A program made the position numbers and the translations under genes. Positions 57,201 through 64,000 of a DNA stretch of 64,000 nt are shown here, in pieces (positions within the stretch are counted from its first letter, which is position 1; the number at the start of each line of letters is the position of its first letter). The notes under the pieces are model-generated. The model had not been told where the DNA came from. It did no database searches and saw only the letters and a program-made list of their open reading frames with translations. Source of the DNA: Sphaerodactylus townsendi (lineage: Eukaryota); the NCBI RefSeq assembly GCF_021028975.2, contig NC_059437.1, forward strand, positions 22,816,001 through 22,880,000. The letters run 5' to 3'.

Positions 57201-59857
57201 CTTATTTAGATTACTCAGAACAGGACGCTGTAGCAGCAGCTAGAGAAGGTGGGGGCTTTCAGAGCCCACAGTTGCAGGGGGCTCAGTCTCTCCTTGGTTG
57301 AGCTAGACAGCCTTTATGTGCAAGGGTGGGTGATCTGGGTGTCTATTGGGCAGGGAAATGCATTCTATACATGCTCCTAAGGCATGCCTTGTTAGTCCAT
57401 TCCTTGTTACAGGCTGCCCTGTTCTAGACAAAAGCCTGGTACAAATGGCATTTCACTTGTATCTGAATTTTACCTTTGGTGGACCTTGTTTATGGGAGAC
57501 TGTGTTTTGCATAATTATTTAAACCTTATTTTGTTGCGAGTTTAAAATTCACCAGCCCATCACGAGCCCTCGGGGAAGGATGGGCTTCACCTTTAAATAG
57601 ATGTGAGCTCATAAACTATTACTAGAATAGAGCAGGCCTGCTGGAAAGAGGAGGTTGGCATGTTCCAAGGTAATTCTAAAATTGTATTCACCTGCGATTT
57701 TGATGTGTGCAAGGATGGTTGGCGGATTCTTTCTCTGGACCAAGTAGCTTCTCCCCTCCTTTGAAACAAAAGCGTATTCTATTTGCAATCCATCCCATAG
57801 AGGTATGCTGATTTTCTCCCATCCCAGTAGGCAAAAGAAGAGTGCGAAGCGTCTGGGATCAGTAGCAACAGATGAGGCCGAGGAATCTGTCTTTTAATCC
57901 CTGATTCTATTCTCCAAGTGGACTTTCAAAATATGAGATTCCTTCGGGATCAGGAAAATGGTCCATCTAGTCCGACATCCTATTTCCCACAGACCCAGAA
58001 GGTCTATACGTAAGACAAGGATGCCATAGCCTCTCCCTATAACGAGAGGCCTTTGAACATGAAGGTTCCATATAGCAATTGTTTAATTAATAATGTAACT
58101 CCCTGAACTGGGTTAATCCCTTTCAGGTACTGCAGTTCATTGATTCTCAGCCTTCCTCAGACTTTATAGAATCCCACCAGTCTCTATCAAAGAACCTGTG
58201 TGATTCTCACTATGGATAGGAAACAAAGTCCCCCCCTTTCCTTGAGAAGGATATATTTGAAAGTTTTAAAATAAATTTTTATTGATATTTTGGATTGTTA
58301 CAAATTTATGTTATATAACTTTATGTTTCATCCTCCATATCCTTTTACCCCCTTTCCCTCCCCCCTTCTTCTTTTCTTCTTTAAATGTGCAGCAGCAGGT
58401 CCATTCCTTCTAATCTTCTTTTCCAGTTTTCTTCTGTGATTCCAATTTCGTTTAAGCAGTCTTTGAATTCAGTCCAGATCCACTTCATATCTTTTTGCTT
58501 TTCTTGCCATATTTGGTTTCTTGACATTATGTCTAGAAGGACATTTCTGTGTTTACCTCCATTCTAGCAGAATGTACAGTAGATTTTTAAGCTATTAAAA
58601 TTTGCTGGAACACAGTGGGTGATCCCTGGCAGGTAGGGCAGGTGTGGAGTGGCATATCAAAGACCCTTGCTGTTTGGAAAGGGGGGAACAGGGCATTAGG
58701 AGTAAGTGTCCAAGGTTTCTATTAGCATGACAGAAGGTCAGAGATGGATAATCCATGGTGGCAGTTAAGGTTAGCAGGAAATAGCAGGTAACACTTTCAA
58801 GTGGATGTGGGGACTGCAGGGAAGAGGCTTCTTCGTAATTGTGATGAAGACCCTGCTTCACACCTAGGCCACTTCTGCATCCCACTGGTGGCACATGGCC
58901 CACTGGTTGAGAACTTCTGTTCTAGTTGTCGGCCATGATTTTAGAACAAAGCAGGCTGCTTCTCCTGTGTTCCCAGCTCAGATCAGGCAATGCAACCAAT
59001 GTAGGAACACAAAGTGATTTTCTTAAGAGCTTGAAATCTCTTCCTCCAGAGCGGGGAAAGGGAATGACACCCCCTCTGTGCCTTTGGGATTTAATCTTTG
59101 AGGCGAGGGGTGCTAATGCAGGAGGGAATGTCAGGCGCTCAAGATGTCAAAAGGCTTCATCGGTCTATTTTAAGACTATGGAGAGGCGAAGGGATTAGTG
59201 AAGCCGGCTAGTTACACAGCCAAGCGTGCAACCATATGCTTTCTAATTTTCTCGGCCAGCCCCTCCTTTCTCTCTCTGTCATGTGTATAGATTTGATTGC
59301 CCCTGGACATGGCTGCTGTTAATTTACAAGCACCATTTAAGTCAGTGCTCTGATTTCTGATTGCAAACCCAGTCTGTCTCCATCCCTTCTGTGATCTTCT
59401 CAGTAGCCCTGGATATGCCTGGAGTGTTCATAATAACCTTGCTGCAGCTAAACAGGGTCTCTTCCATGTGGAAGTTTCATGTGGAAGTTTTGATCTCATT
59501 TGTCATTCAAACTGGTGCAGGTTTTTTTTTAAGCATCTGCATGATATCATCCATGCTGAAGGTTTTCCCCTGGTTTGATACAGTCGTTTTGAAAAGATTA
59601 CTTGTTTGCCCACTATATGAATGGGAAGGTGTGCCTTTTTGAAAGTCCAAACTATATTTTTCTTGTCTCAGCAAGAGCATCCCCTCCCCTTAGACACCAT
59701 TCCCTATATAATTGGGGGGGGGGGGGTGTCTTTTCTGGCTTTTGAAATAAACTGAATGGCTTTTGAAATAAACTGAAATTTCTACAGCTTTATAATGATG
59801 TATCACTGTAGCATCATAATGATAACAAAGGAAAGTGCTCATAAAGCTCCCATGTTT

Positions 59858-60150
59858 TGAAGAAGAAGAGTTTGGATTTACATCCCCCCTTTCTCTCCTG
59901 TAAGGAGACTCAAAGGGGCTGACAAACTCCTCCCCCTCTCACAACAAACACCCTGTGAGGTGGGTGGGGCTGAGAGAGCTCCAAAGAACTGTGACTAGCC
60001 CAAGGTCAGCCAGCTGGCATGTGCTGGAGTGCTCAAGCTAATCTAGTTCCCCAGATAAGCCTCCACAGCTCAAGTGGCAAAGCGGGGAATCAAACCCGGT
60101 TCTCCAGATTAGAGTGCGCCTGCTCTTTACCACTACACCACGCTGGCTCT
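59858..60150 (-). mobile_element. Squam3-like SINE
   Basis: AGAGCCAGCGTGGTGTAGTGG...CCGGGTTTGATTCCCC head on the minus strand; (TTC)n tail. Confidence 0.85.
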
Positions 60151-61179
60151 CTTTTGCCTCAACATTTGCAGGGGTTTTGCCTCAACATTGCAGCCCAGGT
60201 TGGTGTTGGGGTGGGAGACCTTCTGGGAATATTTCCCATGTATGTCACTTTGAGTCCCATGGGGGAAAAAAAGAAACTAAAATATGTTAACATTTGCTGT
60301 AGCTGGGTATATTTTAGTAGGAGTGGAGTTCTGGAGATTAAATCCCCACTGTTCTGGAGGCTGTGTGATCACAGGGCTAGCTATATCTGCCTTGCTCTTG
60401 CTTCCTTTGGGGAGGGAATGTTGTGGAATAAGCATGGGTTAGGGACAGACACTTTGGGAGTCCTTTTCTCTGACATGGTTGCTTTCACTATAGCAGATTT
60501 TGGTTACCACAAAATATGACTGAATGGGGAACAGGCGTAACCCATGAGACGAAATAATGAAACTGCTGCTACTCACTGCTTTATGCTGTCCAAAGTGAGC
60601 TACATTTTATGTACAGGCCGCACACGGATGGCATTTTCTTCTTCCATTTTATCACCGCAATAACCCTATGAAGTAGGTTGGATTTAGAGAGACTGGCTAG
60701 TACAAAATAAGATGGGAATCCAGTGCCCCTTAAAGACTAGAAAAATTGTGTCGATATGAAGAGGCACTTGGGTCTTCCTTGGGCCAGTCCATCAATTTAC
60801 CTACTATACTACACCATTTCTGTATGTATGTTCATGCTGCAATCCTTACAACAAGCCTCTATGGTAGACGAATATTACTATTCCCCTAGTCGGGAAAAGC
60901 AAGTCACTCTCTCTCAGCCTCTTGTCTGACAAATTCATGGCAGAGGTAAGACCTGCATATCGATCTTGTTGGTTCCTACCGGATAGTGATGTCCTAAGCA
61001 GAGTTACACCCTTATAAATCCATTGAAGTTAATGGGCTTTGAAAGGTGTAGTTCTTCTTAGGATGACACTGTTAACCCCCTAACTAATGTGCTATGCCAG
61101 CTTCTTTTGAGCGAGCTTTGCTGAAATGAACAGAAGATGTTCATTTCTGATCCTTTGGTGCAGTTCCTATTCCTTTCAG

Positions 61180-61600
61180 TCATACCTTCAGGGCCGCATC
61201 TCCCCATACTGCACATGGAGTACTCTTTGGTCCTCCGATAGCAATCTGCTGGTGATCCCGGGCCCTAAGGAGATATGGCTAGCTTCCACCAGAGCCTTCG
61301 TGCCCTGGCCTTCATGCCCTGGCTCCTACATGGTGGAACTCGCTCCCAGCGGATGTTAGGGCTCTGACAGCTATTCAACAATTCCACAGAGCCCGTAAGA
61401 CCGAAATATTCTGGCGTGATCTTATGTTGGGCAAAATTGGATTTTATGAGGGCAGATGATTGATTTTAATCGCCACTGGGGACGTTATGGAATGTTTAAA
61501 GTATTGACTATTTAAACTATGATTATTGAATCTATGTTTATTTAACTATGTATGTTAGCCGCCCTGAGCCTGAGGACAGGGTATCAAATCAAATCAAAAT
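61180..61600 (+). mobile_element. L2-like LINE 3' end fragment
   Basis: TGGTGGAACTCGCTCCC...GTTAGCCGCCCTGAGCC, followed by an (AAATC)n-like tail, typical of squamate L2 3' ends. Confidence 0.55.
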
Positions 61601-62099
61601 AATTGAAGTTAGTGCCGAAGGATATCGTGGTTCATTTGTAAGGAAAGGACTGGTGCTCCTTTGGAACTTTCTCCTCCTGCCACCTGGATGGCTTGGATTT
61701 AGAACAGGGGTAGGCAATCTCCAGCGGGTGTGGACAGCGGTCCTCCATTTTAATCTTTGGAATATAATTCAGATCCGCTTATTTGTGCTTTCTTAGTGCT
61801 GTGAACAACCCACATGGATGAATATGATAATTTAGAATGTCATTGTGCTGTTTTTCACAAAGTGAACAAACTTGGGTTTAGTTAAGTGGCACGAAGTCTT
61901 CGCATTATATGAAATGCATGCTTTAAATATTTTGGTGGTGGAAAATGTCATCAGCTCCCAGCCAACCAATGGGAATCCTGTGAGAATTTCAAGGCAAGTG
62001 ATGAGCAGAGGTGGGTTGCCGTTGCCTGCCTCTGCACAGCAGTCCTGGATGCCAGGCAACTGCTATACAGATGCCCTCACTAATTGATTATTCAACTTC

Positions 62100-62355
62100 A
62101 TTGTTACTTACATATGCTAAAATGTGTGGATTCCGCTCAACACATACAAATCACACTTGCTAATTGCACCCTTTACACTTGTTAACCAATGCAAATGGTT
62201 CTTTCTTGCACCCTGGACATTCCACAGGTATATATACTCCACTTGCTTTACTACCATCAGATCCTCTGAAGATGCCAGCCACAGATGCAGGTGAAACGTC
62301 AGGAGAAAATGCTACTGGAACACGGCCATGCAGTCCGGAAACCCCACAACACTCA
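62100..62355 (+). mobile_element. Penelope-like element 3' fragment
   Basis: Same terminal-repeat signature, preceded by additional element sequence. Confidence 0.7.
62262..62304 (+). ncRNA. Minimal type I hammerhead ribozyme motif (Penelope-associated)
   Basis: UCCU-CUGAAGA-U-GCC[loop]GGU-GAAAC-GUC/AGGA: CUGANGA and GAAA core boxes, helix II GCC/GGU, helix I UCCU/AGGA, GUC cleavage triplet. Confidence 0.65.
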
Positions 62356-63042
62356 AGTCCTGGATTTCTTTGGTGGTCTCCTATCCAAATACTAACCAGG
62401 GCTGACCCTTCTTAGCTTCCAAGAACTAATGAGTTTACATTCCAGTGAAAGGGCACATTTTGACTTCCTTGTATGTAAATATTCACTTTTGATTACTTTC
62501 CACAATCCCAGCTAAAAACATTTTCACATCTTCAGTCAGTATTTCCCTAATATTTACTTCCTCTCTTAGAGTTCAGGTTTGAGCGTCAGTGCTTAAATGG
62601 ATGAGTTTTGATGGAGAAAACCCTTATCAGGCGTCTAGCAAGCAGGCCTAGAAGTCGTCTTCTCTCCTCTCCCCACTTCCTCCTCTGCTCTGTTGTTAAT
62701 CTTTGTAGTACAGACACTGTGTAGGCCATGGTTGGCTGTCACATTATTAGTTACATAATGTGGGCATCAACGGATTAAAAAAAACAGCAGAGATGAGTGT
62801 CTATGCCATCTGTTCTTGGTTCTTCTCACATCCATGGTTTCTATTAGAGCTTGGTTCTTCTCACATCTTCTCACATTCTTCTCACACTTGGTTCTTCTCA
62901 CATCCATGGTTTCTGTTAGAGCTGAACCAAATATTGCACATAATCATTTGGGGGCAAAAAAGTGTACTTTTTGGAATGGTGGACCCCCCCCCCCCCAAAA
63001 AAAAAAAAAACTTTTGCAATTTTGGAGACTTTTTTGACACCT

Positions 63043-63185
63043 TGGCTCATTCCGCACATGCAGAATAATGCACTTTCAAACTGCTTTCAGTGCTCTTTGA
63101 AGCTGTGAGGAATAGCAAAATCCACTTGCAAACAGTTGTGAAAGTGGTTTGAAAATGCATTATTTTGTGTGTGCGGAAGGGGCCC
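63043..63185 (+). mobile_element. ~140-bp short interspersed repeat (second copy at 41491-41631)
   Basis: Near-identical to the reverse complement of 41491-41631. Confidence 0.85.
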
Positions 63186-64000
63186 TTGTTTTCAAGGACC
63201 TGGCTTCTTCACAGAAAACATGATGACGGCCTGACTAATCTATAAGGATTCCTGTCTTTTCAGTGCACATATAAACTAACTTATATTTGGCGATCCTCTT
63301 GCTTAAGAGCAGGCCTTGCTACATCAGACCAAGGTACAGAAAGCCCAATAAGGAGCAGGCACTGGGAGGTCAGCCTACTGCAATCTGTCTTCTGTCCACG
63401 CAGTTAGAAAATGCAACTGGCCTTACGAGCTCATCTTAGGGTGCTCCTGGACATCGACAAACGTCACATTTCATTAAAGTGTTGATTGGTGCTGCCATGA
63501 CACTAGCCTTTGCACATTTCCTGTGCATTTGGGCTTTGCCTGAAATAGTGTGCTTATCCCTCCACCCCTAAACATGTATATGTTTTTGTTATTGTAGATT
63601 AAGATGTTGCTTGGTGAAACAAGTGTTGTAGTACAATTGGTGGTGGTGGTGGTGGTGGGGAACTGGGGTTTCTTCTACTTTTGGGAGAAGGTGGAAGAGG
63701 TTGTTTCCAGTACCCATCAATGTTTCCAGTACTCTTTAACATCTGCTCTAGGAGTCTGCATAGCTAAAGCCTCCCGTAAACAGCGAATTAAACTTCTCTC
63801 TTGCTCAAAATCCAGATATTATGGGTTGGATCCAATGCAGTATTTCTACTGGTACAAGGAACTGAATTCATGGAGCCAACACAGAAAACTTCATTTCTTC
63901 GTTATCCCTAAAACCCCTGTCATGACTTATCTGTAAGTTCTTATTCTGCTTCTCCACCAATAGCTTCCACAGGTGGGATCAAGTAAACCAGTTTCACTTG

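Noticed and set aside
59858-60150. tRNA genes suggested by A/B boxes
   Set aside because: The boxes are the heads of multi-copy SINEs, with no cloverleaf.

Overview
Vertebrate genomic DNA, almost certainly from a squamate reptile and probably a gecko (Squam3-type SINEs, Penelope terminal repeats, RTE-BovB, hAT MITEs). The gene order matches the human Xq24 block, inverted. It contains SLC25A43 exons 1-3 (minus; the 3' exons run off the left edge), a complete AKAP17B-like gene (plus; non-coding exon 1 plus 4 coding exons, about 924 aa) and PGRMC1 (minus; 3 exons, 191 aa). Two further CpG-island promoters lie at about 52.5-53.2 kb and 56.6-57.2 kb; the second is plausibly KIAA1210 by synteny only. 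The main discovery lies between the 52.6 kb promoter and PGRMC1. The minus strand there carries a chain of about 13 GT-AG-bounded exon remnants with stops, frameshifts and transposon insertions. Their C-terminal pieces align collinearly, by eye and from my recollection of the human protein, with the WD40 beta-propeller of PALB2. This looks like a decayed, unannotated PALB2-like gene that also carries a PIP-box-like motif. Other points of interest are Penelope-borne minimal hammerhead ribozymes, a 95-bp-arm hairpin next to the SLC25A43 exon 1 donor, diverged direct repeats bracketing AKAP17B, and a SINE-derived tandem array. All homology calls were made by manual reading with no database search.
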